DNA from: Takakia lepidozioides
Taxonomy: Eukaryota; Plantae; Bryophyta
NCBI GenBank assembly: GCA_030704615.1
Contig: CM060732.1
Location: 57,908,001 to 57,972,000 of the forward strand
Direction: 5' to 3'
DNA: 64,000 bases
Made by a program: the position numbers and the translations under genes. Positions 1 to 12,949 of this stretch are shown one piece after another. Under the pieces are notes generated by a model. It saw only the letters and a list, made by a program, of their open reading frames with translations. It was not told where the DNA came from and searched no databases. Positions within the stretch are counted from its first letter, which is position 1. Each line of letters begins with the position of its first letter.

Positions 1-1071
1 GACATGCGTGCGACACGTTGCAAGTCTGACAGTGCCCGCTCTACCCGTGCTTCTCTGGAGGCCAAATGGGTCGCCCATTGTACCCAATTCTCCCAATCGC
101 CATACAATGGGACCCATGCCCGAATCTCCAGCGTTTTGGACAAGCGTCATGTAGTTGCCATGACAATGTCTCACTCCTTTGTAACGCGGTCGACATCTAA
201 TATCGGGTTCATCTCGGATTGAATGTCGACCCTCGAGCATTCCCCAGTTTCCAGTACTGATTCTTTTCTTTTCCTCCTTCTCTCACCCGCAATTCGTTAT
301 TCCTCAACCATGGTTTCATCGGCCACAAGGTCAAGGACGTCCGTAATTTCGTGAATAATGAGGTCAATACTGCGATCAAGCATCGCAAACTCCGCGTTCA
401 TGTCCACGACGTTTTGTTCGATCCTCATTGTGGACAACAGTGCCTTCATTGTTTGGAGGCATGTCTTGCAATCTAGCTTCCAACTCGGCTATGCGCAGTG
501 TTTGCCAGTCTAGTCGGTCCTACAGGGTCCTGATTCGCTGGTATTTTTCCGCCAGTTGTTCCTCTAACGTTGCAGCCGGTTGTATTCTAAACGTGTCTGG
601 GATGTACTCCAAATCGTATAGCAACCTTGCGTTCCTCATACTAGCAATTTGCCAATTCACTGGACGCAAAAGTATGACCTCCACGGACAACATGGCTGCC
701 AAGGTGTACGGGATTTGGCCCTTTAAGAGAGGTTGACCCCACAATGTGCAATGCACCTCATTCGCCCTATGCTGGAAATGCAAGTTCGTGCAAGACCTGG
801 ACTCTGCGTAATTGTTTCGGGTTTGCACGTTATGCCTATCCAAAGGCCAAAATTGATTGATGTAGTACCATTTCACGAATTTTTTGCATCTCGTCATCAA
901 CCACCTAAATTCTTCCGGAACATCCTCCCAGCCCTCTTCTGCTAGTATGCTAGGGTCACCATATACTTCCCAATTCAAGTCTTGCCTTGACCCTTTGATT
1001 TTCTTAGGGGGCGGTTCATGTTCATTGGGATCATCTTTTCCATGACGGTCATTGTCCTGGCCCTCTGCCAT
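1..1071 (-). pseudogene. Decayed TE-associated accessory ORF of unknown function, with an NLS-like N-terminus and a probable coiled-coil C-terminus
   Basis: ORF 520-1071 contains PPPKKIK. The frame reads on past the TAG at 520 (DRLDWQTLRIAELEARLQD...) and a shifted frame continues towards the window start with further stops. It lies directly downstream of the hairpin/TATA array. Confidence 0.45.
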
Positions 1072-1349
1072 TCTGCAACAATCAAAGCAACACTAAACGA
1101 GGTTTACTAATAAGATGTAACTCTAAACCCTTCATCCTAAACGAGTTTGAATATGTGTCAAAATAGTTCCTGAAAGCTAATTTTGTAGAATAAAATGATC
1201 CTGGAAGCCAGAGGACGGCCTATGGGAGCATTCTGTAACGACCTCACAGAAATCGCGGCAAAAAATACCCCCTACCCAACCAATGGCCTCCTTCTCCACG
1301 TGACTACGTGTCGTGGAATAATGAAATGTCACGCACACAGAAGTTGTGT

Positions 1350-3108
1350 GAAGAGGAAGTGAGGGGAGAATGAGCCTCCCTTGGCTTATATGCTCCCTCC
1401 CCCCATTCTCATTCCTCGGGCCACGTGCAGGGCGAACCTTCTAGAAGCGATCGCCAACTTGACGGTCGCTCCATTTTTCAGAAAAAATGAAAAAGAAAAA
1501 ACGACCGCCAGAACTGGCGGTCGCTCCATTTTCCGAAAATAAAATAAATATGCGACCGCCAACATAGGCGGTCGCTACATTTACAGAGACATTAAGAATT
1601 GAAGCGATCGCCAGTAATGACGGTCACTTCATTTTCAAAACAATTAAAATAAAAGCGACTGCCAGTACTGGCGGTTGCTGGATTTACAAAAAAAGAAAAA
1701 CAATTGCGGCGACCGCCCGTAATGGCGGTCGCTCGATTTTCCTCCAAAAAACAGAGAAGCAACCGCCTGTAATGGTGGTCACTTCATTTTCAAAAAATTT
1801 TAAATAAAAACGACCGCCAGTAATGGCGGTCGTTTCATTTTCAAAACAATTAAAATAAAAGCGGTCGCTCCATTTCCAACCAAATTTAAATAAAAACGAC
1901 CGCCACAAATGGCGGTCGCTGCAATTACAAAAAAACAACAATAGCGGCGACCGCCCCTAATGGCGGTCGCTCGATTTTCCTCCAAAAAACAAAAAAGCGA
2001 CCGTCCGTAACGGCGGTCGCTACATTTTTAAAAATAACCACTTTATTTCTAAAATAAATAAATGTATCCCCCCCCCTCCCAAATTCCTCGCTCCACGCGC
2101 AGGACAGACCTCGTAGAAGCGACCGCCACCTTCGCGGTCGCTCTATTTTTAAAAAAAAAAGACCGCCAGTAATGGCGGTCGCTGCATTTTGTAAAAACAA
2201 AAACTGCCAGTAATGGAAGTGAGGGGAGAATGATTGGGAGCTTATATGCCCCCCCCCCCCCAGCGACCGCCACCTTCGCGGTCGCTCTATTAAAAAAAAA
2301 ACGACCGCCAGTAATGGCGGTCGCTGCATTTTAAGAAATAACCATTAGAACGACCGCCAGAAATGGCGGTCACTGCATTTTGTAAAAACAAAAACTGCCA
2401 GTAATGGAAGTGAAGGGAGAATGATTGGGAGCTTATATGCCCCCCCCGCCTCATCCCTCGCTCCACGCGCAGGGTAGACCTCGTAGAAGCGACGCCCACC
2501 TTCGCGGTCGTTTCATTTTAAAAAAAAAAAAACGACCGCCAGTAATGGCAGTCGCCCTATTTCCAAAAGTAAAAAAATAAAAGCGACCGCCAATAATGGC
2601 GGTCGCTGCATTTTAAAAAATAACCATTATAGTGACTGCCAAAAATGGCGGTTGCTGCATTTTGTAAAAACAAAAACTGCCAGTAATGGAAGTGAGGGGA
2701 GAATGACTAGGAGCTTATATACCCCCGCCTCATTCCTCGTTCCACGCGCAGGGCAGACCTCGTAGAAGCAACAAAAAAAAAAGGACCGCCACAGATGGCG
2801 GTCGCTCTATTTCACAAAAAAAAAAAAAAAAAAAAAACGATCGTCAGTTATGGCGGTCGCTGCATTTATAAAAACAAAAAAAAACTTCAAGCGACCGCCT
2901 ATAATGGAAGTAAGGAGAGAATGAGTCCGAGCTTATATGCCTTCCTCCCCCTGCCTCACTCCTCGCTCCATGCGCAGGGCACACCTCGTAGAAGCGACCT
3001 CACCTTGGCGATCGCTCCATTTAAAAATCCCCAAAAAACGACTGCAAAATATGGCAGTCGATCCATTTTCCAAAATTAAAAAAACAACCGACCGCCACTA
3101 TTGGCGGT
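1350..3108. repeat. Array of GCGACCGCC-N(4-6)-GGCGGTCGC palindromes with A-rich spacers, plus a higher-order TATA-containing unit
   Basis: Dozens of hairpin units at roughly 40-bp spacing. The block ggaagtgaggggagaatg...gcttatatgccc...ccacgcgcagg...cctcgtagaagcgac recurs, in whole or part, near 1356, 2060, 2216, 2406, 2688 and 2905. Confidence 0.9.
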
Positions 3109-3545
3109 TGTAACACCCAGGATTTACACAAACTAGAATAGAAGTACTTCTCAACTTTTTCCCAAAACAACTCGATGCCTTCTAGGCTTTCATTGCAGGT
3201 TTATATACCCTTCACAATATGATTATTTTAAAGGTTTGATTTGAGAGCCTCAAGTCAAAGCTTCCTAAAGTCAACCTTCCTAGATTTGGCATATTCTCCA
3301 CAATACGACTTTATCAAAGATACTTGCTAAAGTCAACCTTCATAGGTTTGACATATTCTCTACAATATGACTTTATCAAAGATTTGTCATACTCTCCATA
3401 ATATGAATATCTTAGAAATTTGACTTGAGAGCCTGAAGTCAAACTTCCTTAAGTCAAACTTCTTAGGATCCTTCCTAGTTATTCTAGAAACTTCTAGGGA
3501 ACTTTCCTCCTCCATCTAGAACCTTCTAGATTCTACCTTGTTACA
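3109..3545 (-). repeat. 3' LTR of the chromovirus
   Basis: Near-identical to 8714-9121 apart from small indels and substitutions. A polypurine tract (AACGAGGAGGAT on minus, 3546-3557) is adjacent. Confidence 0.95.
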
Positions 3546-6500
3546 ATCCTCCTCGTTGCTCGAATTTTCAAAAGCTCGAATTGCCAATTGAGCATTTGCG
3601 AGATTTTGCACCGGTTCCCAAGTAGCTTCATATAATGGAAATCCTTTCCATAAAACCAAATATTTCAACACCTCATGTCGCCCTCGTTTATATGTGCGTT
3701 TTTTCAGATTACGGTCGACCTCCCACTTTTCATTTCCGTCTATCAACTCTGGTAAAGGTTGTGGTTCTTTGATTATCTTTGAATATTGATGGTCGAGGTT
3801 CGTAACGACGTAGTAGAGAAACGTGAAACACCGGGTGGATCTTCATATGTGGTGGTAACTCCAGCTTGTATGCTACTGCTCTAATGCGTTTAATGATCGA
3901 AAAAAGATCAATGAACCGTACCCCTAGTTTTCGCGATCTAATGATGTGTAAATAAGTTGTAGACAACCACACTTGATCCCCAACTGCAAACTCCTCATCC
4001 CGTCGACGTGCATTTGCATACTGCTTTTGGTGATTTTGGGTAACCATCAGCTTCTCTTTAGCTTGACGTACTCCTCGTCGAATTTGTTGCACAAATGCGT
4101 TAGTCGCAGCTACCTTGGATAACTCATCTTTTGATAAATTGAACTTCGTAAGAGTTGTTGACACATTTGGGTGTTCACCATACATCAAAAAGAAAAGAGT
4201 TTATTTCGTTGACGCGTTGACCGAGTTATTGTATGAAAATTCTACCAATGGTAATAACTAATCCCATTCTTCTTGTTCTTCTAACGTAAAGGCCCGCAAT
4301 ATATCTTCAATTGTACGATTTGCTCGCTCTGTCTGTCTATCTGACTCCGGATGATAGGCTGTTGACATAGCTAATTTGGTTTTAAAAAAACCAAATAAGC
4401 TTTTCCAAAACAAGCTAGTAAATTGGGTACCCCTGTCAGTAATGAGAACTTTAGATAGCCCATGATGAGAATAGACCGTTTCCAGATATAGTCGAGCTAG
4501 TTCAGGTGCAGTGACGGATTTTCTAGTGGGACGGATGGGTATCATCTTACTCAATTTGTCTACAAAGACCACAATAGTGTCCTATCCCGATGAGGTTTGA
4601 GGTAACTCACAAACTAAATCTATGCTCATATGTTCCCAACGTCTGTTTGGTACTGGTAGTGGTTGTAAAAGACCTGCTGGCTTGCGGTTTGTTGATTTGT
4701 TTTGTTGACATCTCATGCAACTTCGAACGTACGCCTCCACCTCGTCTCGCATCCGCGGCCAATAAAATGTTCGTTTTAGTTGTTCGAATGTTTTTTCAAC
4801 TCCAACATGTCCTGCTATCGCCGTATCATGAGCTCCAAACAAGACTTATGTCTTCAATGCAGGATCATCAGGGATCCAAAGTTTACCTCCCTTGAATATC
4901 AACCCTCGAACTTCTATCACTATGCCTTTCTTTTTAGAGTCCACAATCTCCTCATCATCTTTAGAAGCCGTCGTTATCTTATTCCACCAATCGGGTTGAA
5001 TGTGGATTTCTGTCAATGTGTTCATGCGCGACATCCTTGTCATTGCATCTGCCAATTGCCGTTTTCCCTCCACATAGACGATCTTCATATTAAATTGTTG
5101 TCGTCACTCTGCCCAACGAATCTGTCTCTTCGATAGATCTTTTTGTGTCTCCAAGTACACCAACGGTTTATGGTCTATCTTCACTATGAACTCTTTGTCT
5201 CCAAGATAGTGCTTCCAATGTTTTGTACCCAAAACAATGGCCAATTCTTCTCGTTCGGTTGTATGGTAATTTTATTCCGCAGGTAACAATTTGCGAGAAA
5301 AATATGCCACTGGGTGTCATCCGTCTTCCCATTCTTGTTGTAATATTCCACCCACTGTTGAGCCTGACGCATCTACCGAGAGCTTGATTAGTCTTGTCGG
5401 ATCATACCATTTCAAGATCGAGGCATGAAGCAACGCATCCTTCAAGGCCTGAAATGCTAACTCCTCTTCTGTACCCCACTTCCATTTAATTCATTTGCCC
5501 AAAAGATTTGTCAATGGTTGGCAATCTTTGAGAATGCCCGTACAAATCGTCTGTAGAATCCGGTAAGGCCAAGAAAACTCCTTAATTAGGTAATGTCTTT
5601 AGGGGCTATCCACTGCTGAATAGCTTCTATTTTCTCACTCATTACCTCAATTCCCTTCCTACTCACGCGATGCCCAAGATAATCTACTTCTTGTTTTCCA
5701 AACTCACATTTAGATGCTTTGGCATATAGCTGATTCTCACGGAGAACTTGTAATACTTGTTTAAGGTGGTTTCTATGCTCGACAAGGCTGTTACTATAGA
5801 TCAAAATATCATCTAAAAAGACTATCACAAATCTCTCTAAGAATGGGTGAAAGATATCATTTATGAGGCCCATGAATGTGGCTGGAGCATTGGTGAGACC
5901 AAATGACATAACCATGTATTCAAAATGTCCATACCTAGTGCGGAAAGCGGTCTTATATACATCTTCATCAGCGACTCGAATTTGGTTGTATCCACTCCTC
6001 AGATCAAGCTTCGTAAAGTATTTTGCTCCGCGCAGTTGGTCAAATAGATCGTCCATGCGTGGTAACGGGTACTTGTTCTTCACTGTCTGCTAGTTGAGTG
6101 CTCGATAATCAATGCACATGCGCATTGCTCCATCTTTTGTCTTCACAAACAACACCGGCGCTCCATACGTGGATACACTTGGTCTTAGCCTTTTGATAGT
6201 AGGTCCTTGATTTGAGCCATATATTCTTCCAACTCGTTTGGTGTTAATCGATAAGGGACTTTACAAGAATGAGTACTACTTGGAATAATCTCAATCTTAT
6301 GATCTATTCTTCTATTTGGCGGAAGCCGTGCTGGTAGGTCATCTGGAAAGACATCTTTAAACTCTTTCAATACACTCCGTAATTCTATAGGGACCTCACT
6401 CATGTCTTTTTTTGGATTTTCCACGTCTCTTATTAAACCTATAAATAATAAGTCTTTCTTACATATAGCTGTAGTACCTATAACAAATGATGGTAGGTTT

Positions 6501-6900
6501 CGATATGGTGTTCTCACTCGATCTCCCCATATTTTCCAATTCTGGGTTTTGACTATCTTTCTACGCCAATCAACATCAGGGTTGTGAGATTCCATCCAAG
6601 GCATGCATAATATTACGTCATATCGAGCCAGTCTGACCACCCGCCATTCTAAGGTTTCTATATATTTACCAATCGACAACTCTATGTTTTTAGGTAGTGT
6701 CTCAATGGCCTCTGTATGTCCATTTGACATTTCTACTTCATCTCTTTTATCATTTTCTAAGGGGAGACATAGTTTCAAGGCAGCCTTTCTAGATAAGAAG
6801 TTTTATGTTGCCCCAGGGTCTATTAACACTCTCACATGAATACCTTCCAAGGTTCCATCTGCCACAATTAACTGCGTCTCTTTCTTGCCCGCATGATTGA
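3516..6900 (-). pseudogene. pol: Gypsy pol: protease, RT, RNase H, integrase and chromodomain
   Basis: Motifs include VLIDPGAT (~6810-6830), [13 protein letters not shown]...FLDDILIYS (5586-6083), HDTAIAGH...CMRCQ (4582-4842), TDRGTQF...TERAN (4258-4572), IHPVFHVSLL and YLVLWKGFPLYEATWEP (3516-3746, ending inside the 3' LTR). Multiple stops and frameshifts. Confidence 0.95.
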
Positions 6901-6959
6901 TTTGTCTCTTCTCCTTGTAGGGCCCATCGCCTCTCCTTTTCTTTGTAGATACAGTAAGA

Positions 6960-8055
6960 TCGCGAGGTCTACTTACTGGTTGTCCTCGTTTTTCTGCTCA
7001 TTGTGATGTTCGTTATCTTCGCCTCTCCTTAAACTGTTAAGAGGTTTTCGATAAGTTTGTCGATTGTACCTTCCACTTCGACAGTTGGCTGCAAGATGTC
7101 CGTATTTTCCACAGTTGTAACATTGTCGAGTTTCCATTTGTCATTCTGTTCGTGAGAATGTTGAGGAGGTCACATCCTTGTCATTCAATTTCATTCGCCG
7201 TTGTGTGTTATTTTCCCCATATCTGATTCCCAGCCTATTTCTTTGAGAGTATTGGAAGTTATCCCATCTTCGAAGATTTCCAAGCTCCATAGGCATTGGT
7301 CCGTATTGGTTCAATGGAACGTGTATACCTTCGTCGTATTTTGGTAGCGTCCCTTCAATCTTTTGGGCCAATGAAATTGCTTCGTGGACATCAACCGGGT
7401 TGCGTAAAATTACCTCTCCTTGAATTTTCTTCTTCAATCCTCTTTTGAAGTTGTCTAAAGCTTCTGCAGGACTCATATCTTCGATTTGGACCTGAAGATT
7501 CAAAAAATCTTCAATGTAATTTTGCACACTCCCGCGTTCTTCCAAGTTCCATAATTTCATTCGAGCAGTTGTAACAGCATCTACTGCCTTGAATTGTTGG
7601 AGCAGTCCCGCTTTCAAGGTGCTCCATAGTAAAAGTTCTCCTTTTGCAATCTGTCTTCTCTCCCATGTCTGTAACCATGTTGAAGCATTGTCGAGTAGAA
7701 AAGATCATATGAACATTCCGTATTCCAAATCACTTGATGTAGGGAAATATGACAGATGTACCTCCATTCGATAAATCCATCCTTCTAGCACTCCCATTGC
7801 GCGACTTCCTTTATACGGCTCGACCTTGCATGTCTTGGTCATCTTTTGCAGCAACGTATCCGACCCATCAGCAACCAGTCCCGGGGCGGTTGATTGTCTC
7901 ATTTGTTTAAGCTCCTCCATCAACACGTTGTTTTGTTGTTGGGTCGTGACAAGAGCATTCTGCAATTCGTGTAAACGCTCCATTATCCACACCGTCTGAT
8001 CATTGGCTTGATGAGTAGTGTGTGCGTTGTCCACTATTTCTTCATTGTCCGCCAT
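6960..8055 (-). pseudogene. gag: Gypsy gag with a CCHC zinc knuckle
   Basis: ORFs 7705-8055 and 7141-7617 (SVQNYIEDF, FKRGLK, GPMPMELG). QCYNCGKYGHLAANC at ~7081-7125 follows a stop. Confidence 0.9.
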
Positions 8056-8127
8056 CTTGCTCCACTACTCCTTCCTTCGTGGTGTTTGTTTTTTAAAATT
8101 AATGTATACTATCTCTATTTTCTTATC

Positions 8128-8343
8128 CTAATATAGTATGTAAATAGTGCAATCCCAAACCATCCCGTACGTGACTATTGGTAATACAAAAGGGACGTTT
8201 GAACTCATGACAAGGTTCATGAATTCTATCCCAAATTCTGCAACTAAAAATCTCACAAGATGATGCTTGTCGATAGCGTGCACATTGATATTAAATACAT
8301 TTGGCGGTGGAAAATTAGGCGGAAAATGTCTACCTCGATCCAT
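8128..8343 (-). CDS. Extra micro-ORF B (71 aa) in the chromovirus 5' leader
   Basis: Intact ATG-to-TAG ORF between the PBS and gag. It aligns with the adjacent micro-ORF A. Confidence 0.55.
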   Translation of the reverse strand: MDRGRHFPPNFPPPNVFNINVHAIDKHHLVRFLVAEFGIEFMNLVMSSNVPFVLPIVTYGMVWDCTIYILY

Positions 8344-8346
8344 GAG

Positions 8347-8548
8347 CTATGTATATACACGTATGTATACCTTCCAATTTTTAATTATAGGAAAAACGAC
8401 AGGTTGTGGATTTTGTAACACTTCTTGATATTGTTCCTCTCCAAATCTCTGTACTATCATCTCTCTAATTTCTGCTTTACGACGGCATATGATTTCAAAC
8501 TCACACTCCGAAGGAAAAATCACGGAAAGGGGGTTGATTTAAGTCCAT
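8347..8548 (-). pseudogene. Extra micro-ORF A (~66 aa, one frameshift in a homopolymer), paralogous to micro-ORF B
   Basis: Reads MDLNQPPFRD/FPSECEFEIICRRKAEIREMIVQRFGEEQYQEVLQNPQPVVFPIIKNWKVYIRVYT* if one base is removed near 8517. Confidence 0.5.
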
Positions 8549-8699
8549 AAAATTTGTATACTATCGTTATGGCGCACCATCACTACTATCTATTCAACAC
8601 TTAAAAATATTAACAACAAAAATCTCTAAAAAAAAAAAATACACATCTTAATCGAATCCTCTTAAAGAAGGTATTCACTCCCAACTTTAAGAAAGACTA

Positions 8700-8712
8700 G
8701 GCTCTGATACCA
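8700..8712 (-). other. Primer binding site for tRNA-iMet
   Basis: TGGTATCAGAGCC on the minus strand, 1 nt inside the 5' LTR end. Confidence 0.95.
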
Positions 8713-8713
8713 T

Positions 8714-9121
8714 TGTAACACCCAGGATCTACACAAACTAGAATAGAAGTACTTCTCAACTTTCGATGCCTTCTAGGCTTTCATTGCAGGTTTATATACC
8801 CTTCACAATATGATTATTTTAAAGGTTTGACTTGAGAGCCTCAAGTCAAAGCTTCCTAAAGTCAACCTTCCTAGGTTTGACATATTCTCCACAATACGAC
8901 TTTATCAAAGATACTTGCTAAAGTCAACCTTCATAGGTTTGACATATTCTTTACAATATGACTTTATCAATGATTTGTCCTACTTTCCATAATATGAATA
9001 TCTTAGAAGTTTGACTTGAGAGCCTGAAGTCAAACTTCTTAGGATCCTTCCTAGTTATTCTGGAAACTTCTAGGGAACTTTCCTCCTCCATCTAGAACCT
9101 TTTAGATTCTACCTTGTTACA
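8714..9121 (-). repeat. 5' LTR of the chromovirus
   Basis: TG...CA termini; matches 3109-3545. Confidence 0.95.
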
Positions 9122-9270
9122 GCGGTCGCTGGATTTTGTGAAAAAATAGAAATTAAAGCGACCACCAGTAATTTTACGAAGAAACAAAAGACGATCGCTA
9201 TGACATCGCGTTCACTGTATTTACAAAGAATAAAAAATAAATGTGATCGTCAGTGATGCCGGTCGCTGCA
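9122..9270. repeat. Continuation of the GCGACCGCC hairpin array after the LTR insertion
   Basis: Removing the retroelement and one TSD copy restores cgaccgccactattggcggtcg. More degenerate units follow. Confidence 0.8.
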
Positions 9271-9699
9271 TTAAAATAAAAATGAATGCAGAGTTGGAAA
9301 CATGGCACAATTGTTCTTCATTCCACAAGCAAATCACTGAACACAAACATGAGCAAGTGACGGTGCCTTTTGTTGACATTTTGGCTGGTATACACATGAG
9401 CAACATCTTTTATTTTCCAACACATACACAACAACAATACAAATACTCATAGTGACAATGATCACACTGGTATTACTTCACTACAGAAATATAAACATGT
9501 CTACTAAAATGTGCTGATGCATGCCTACAGCTGTTTTGCTTCAATTTCTTCTAGTGCTTCGATGGCGGAACGAAGAAGATCCTAATCCTAATATTCCGAT
9601 GGGTTGAAAATCCGAGTCATCCTCGTCTTCACCACCATTGCTATGATCAGCGCTCGAATCGTCATCCCTATCCGACCTCATATGTCCAGGCCTATGAAT

Positions 9700-12512
9700 C
9701 TACAAGCGACCTCGAACCACATTTAGTTCTCTCTGAGGTCGACTCCCACTCCGGTCTTGAATACCATCCAGGGTTTCTGGCCTGTTTGTGGACCGATCGC
9801 CTACAAAAGGTTGGACTGTTCTCTGTCGTTTATGAACTTGGGACGTAATCGAAGGTGGTACCGGAGGGGGGTCTGCCTGAGATGGACCGGCATTAGATGG
9901 TCCGGCATGTGAGGAACCACGGGTTTGCTGCGCAACACGTCGGTGAAGGTGGAATTGTAGTGGCAGGTTGTCATCATCCGAGGCTTCAACTTCCGCCCAA
10001 TCTAATGCAGCAGAATGATGCGTGCGTGTGGGAAACAGATCAACCCTGTTGCTTTTTAATGCCCGCTGTGTTGATGGGGAGCTGGATCGGTTTTGACATT
10101 GTGGTGGAACTGGTTGTATCGGTGAGGCATGATCCCGTCCCGTCGACTGTACAATAGGTTTGACACCATCGTTTGTATGAATAAGGTTGTGTACGTCGCT
10201 CGGTCCTGGAAGTTCATCACCCCTAAGCTCCATTGGGGCACTATCGGTGACTTCAGCGTGTAGTGGGGGAGCGAGGGTCGACCCCAACTTCATTTTGAGG
10301 ACTATGTTCTGGGGATGACATAATTGCAGCTTCACCTTCATCTGCGATACGCACTTCTTCAAGAAGGTCATCAAAAGTCGGCTAGATATAATCATCATCC
10401 TCTGTGAATGTAAACGGGTCATACGCATTTTCAGGAGCATCATCGGATCCATCTTCACTATCGGAGGCAGATGATTCCCTCTAAGGTGATTCACTCTGAG
10501 GCTCAGTATTGTCACTCGTCGAATCTACCTCAAAAGCAAAGTCTTCGGAATGCAAATTCTTCTCATACCATGCTGCAGCATTATCCACTGTCCTCTCATG
10601 TAGCAATCGGCAATTGGTATACACATACACCAATTTGTGAGCCCTTGCGGGATTCAACCTGTTGTGAACAAATGGGTAACTGCTCCAATTGCGTTCGCAA
10701 GATGAGGTAGAGCACACTTGAGCAAGAATACGTTTCGCAATGGAAGCCAATGTTCTTGCTCCAGCTCCAATCAGATCCCACCATTCATGTGGCAACATAT
10801 TGAACTCTTTTGGATCCGACATGTCCTCAAAATGGTCGCGGCGATTTGAGAAGCATTAGTACTCGGATATAATTCTCTCTGCATGGTTGGGCGGAGCCAA
10901 TCGCATGAGCACTCGCACGATGCCAGTCTTGGCATCAGCGTCGTCTCAAAGCATGTATTGTCGAGCAAGAATGGATTGAGCAAAGCCCCCGCATAATGCA
11001 AGTCCGTTCGAACCATCGAACGACGGTCGTAAAATGCATCCTCAGCATTGTCCGCAAGTTCAGATTCCAAATAGAAGAGATGATGCCTCAATGATTGGAC
11101 GTGCTTATCAAGATTTTGCATTAATAACCATGTCTTGCCCATTACTGGTTATTTTCCATCAAACTCCCGCAAGACGATTAACAGCGGCTCTACCATATAA
11201 ACAAAATTTTCACATTTATTCCAGAAATCATCGCTGCGAATGTTATTTCGAACTTTTCGACTTTTGCCCAATGACTTGGCTGTTCTGGAGTCCCACAATG
11301 TCCGTGTGTATGCATCCCATTGAGGATCGATGATGGTGTGCTCCAGACTGCTCTTCACCAACCGATCCACCATCAAGAAGTTAGTGGCGAAACGAGTTTC
11401 GCCTGGATTGCAGAGGCTGTATTTGGGTTTGTGCCTTCTATATATTGCCAAATGGATGTGATGTGTGCGGATGAATGACACAACAATATTCGCTCGCTTG
11501 ACAAGTCATTTCACCCACTGTTCTTTTCACCAATCTCCAAAAAAGAGGTCAAGGATATAAGCAGCACAACCTTCATAGTACAGATGGGGATAACGTGCCA
11601 ACAACATGTATGCAGTGTTTCCCATGTTAGCGGCATTGTCTGTGCATATTTGCACGATTCTATCATTTCCGACATGTTCGATGAAGTCCGTCAATAGCTG
11701 GCATTGATAATGTCCATCTTTCTTCTCGCCGCTAGTGTTGACCGATCCCAAGAATTGTTCCCCAGCTGGACATACGAGTATAACATTGAACAACGGTCTG
11801 TTTGTAACAGATCTCCAACCATCGACACATATAATGCTTTCATATTTTCTGATGCACTCGCCCGTCCTATCGTTGATCTTTTGGGTAAGCTCGGTCATGA
11901 CGTCTTCTAGCAATCATGTGCGGAGATTGTGATAAGTCAGAGGTACGTACGTAGATCTGGACTCCGAGGTTGCTCTAATGGCAAAAACAAATGCCGGAAG
12001 CATTGCCACATTAAATGGTATGTTGGCCTCGAAGAAAAACTACGTCTATTTTTTATCCAACTGTCTTTTCGCAGACAAGTTAAGACCTTCCTGCATGGAT
12101 TGCTGCCGTAATCCTCTATTCCGTTGAAGTGTAGGGGTACAAAGAGGTATTGAAGCAGGTGTTGCTCCGGCACAACCCACTTGTCCAAGGACACCCGAAG
12201 CCTCACAAAAGTCGCCCTGGGTACTAATCGGGGCATCCTGACGGGAAGATGAAGTGTTATGCTCAAAGGTCATGTCCGGATCCAAAGACATTGGAATATT
12301 GCCTCTACACTGGCAAAGTGGTTTTTTACCCACATAGATGCTTTAGGGCATAAACCCACCCCAGTGCTCTTCATACCTTTATAGCCGAGATGAGCGAGCA
12401 ACCGATCCTTACGATAAGAAAGCTTTTATCAACATAGGTTCCACTCAACACTATTAGTGGCACTGACAGTGTTCGGGATTGCTGTATACCAAGGGCTCCA
12501 TTCCTCCCTCAT
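9700..12512 (-). pseudogene. hAT-superfamily transposase: BED finger, DUF659/RNase H-like core, hAT dimerisation domain and low-complexity tail
   Basis: Degenerate BED finger (VEWNLC/DKSF...RLLAHL...GLCP, ~12340-12512). Core motifs ICVDGW, QICTDNAANM, GCAAYILDL, ETRFATNF and LHYAGALLNP, then PHEWW...STSSCERNWS...KLVYVYTN. Many frameshifts. Confidence 0.9.
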
Positions 12513-12949
12513 CTTCACCCAATATCCACTCCCCTGGGCCCTAGCGATGTAAGCAACAAAAAACAGTCACCTATAAATGAACGTGTTGTGAATGTAGAGT
12601 GCAATGCGATAGCCCAACACTTCTACACCTATCAGCAATTCAAGTGGGTCGATGTGGGTTGTAGTGTTGAGCTTATATACAATCTGCTGAAGTGGCTTTG
12701 GTGGAAGCCACAACGGCAAAATGTGCGCACCTTTCTCTTGGGCACACTCTCGTTCAATGGAAGAGAACATCCAAAACAACCTCAAGTGTTTTCGCCAAAA
12801 GAAGTGAGGAGCTTGGTGACCCTCCTCCCTTATATATGATCCAAGAAGGATGAAAGTGAAATGAAAGTGAAATGAATAAATGACGAACCAATAGCGCCCA
12901 CCCGAAAAAGGCTGTTCAACCAGTTTTGTTATAATTTTGAAATTAAGTG

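Larger units (their letters stand above)
3109..9121 (-). mobile_element. Full-length Ty3/Gypsy chromovirus LTR retrotransposon with decayed ORFs
   Basis: Two TGTAACA...TGTTACA LTRs and a 5-bp TSD GCGGT (3104-3108 and 9122-9126). Domain order on the minus strand is gag-PR-RT-RH-INT-chromodomain. Confidence 0.97.

Noticed and set aside
1684-3079. Several 60-134 aa ORFs with RPP/ATA motifs (also 12929-13644)
   Set aside because: These are by-products of the hairpin array with no coding signature.
1440-3108. CRISPR-like appearance of regularly spaced palindromic repeats (also 12950-13860)
   Set aside because: Spacers are short, low-complexity A/T runs, the repeats are degenerate, there are no cas genes and the context is a eukaryotic TE.
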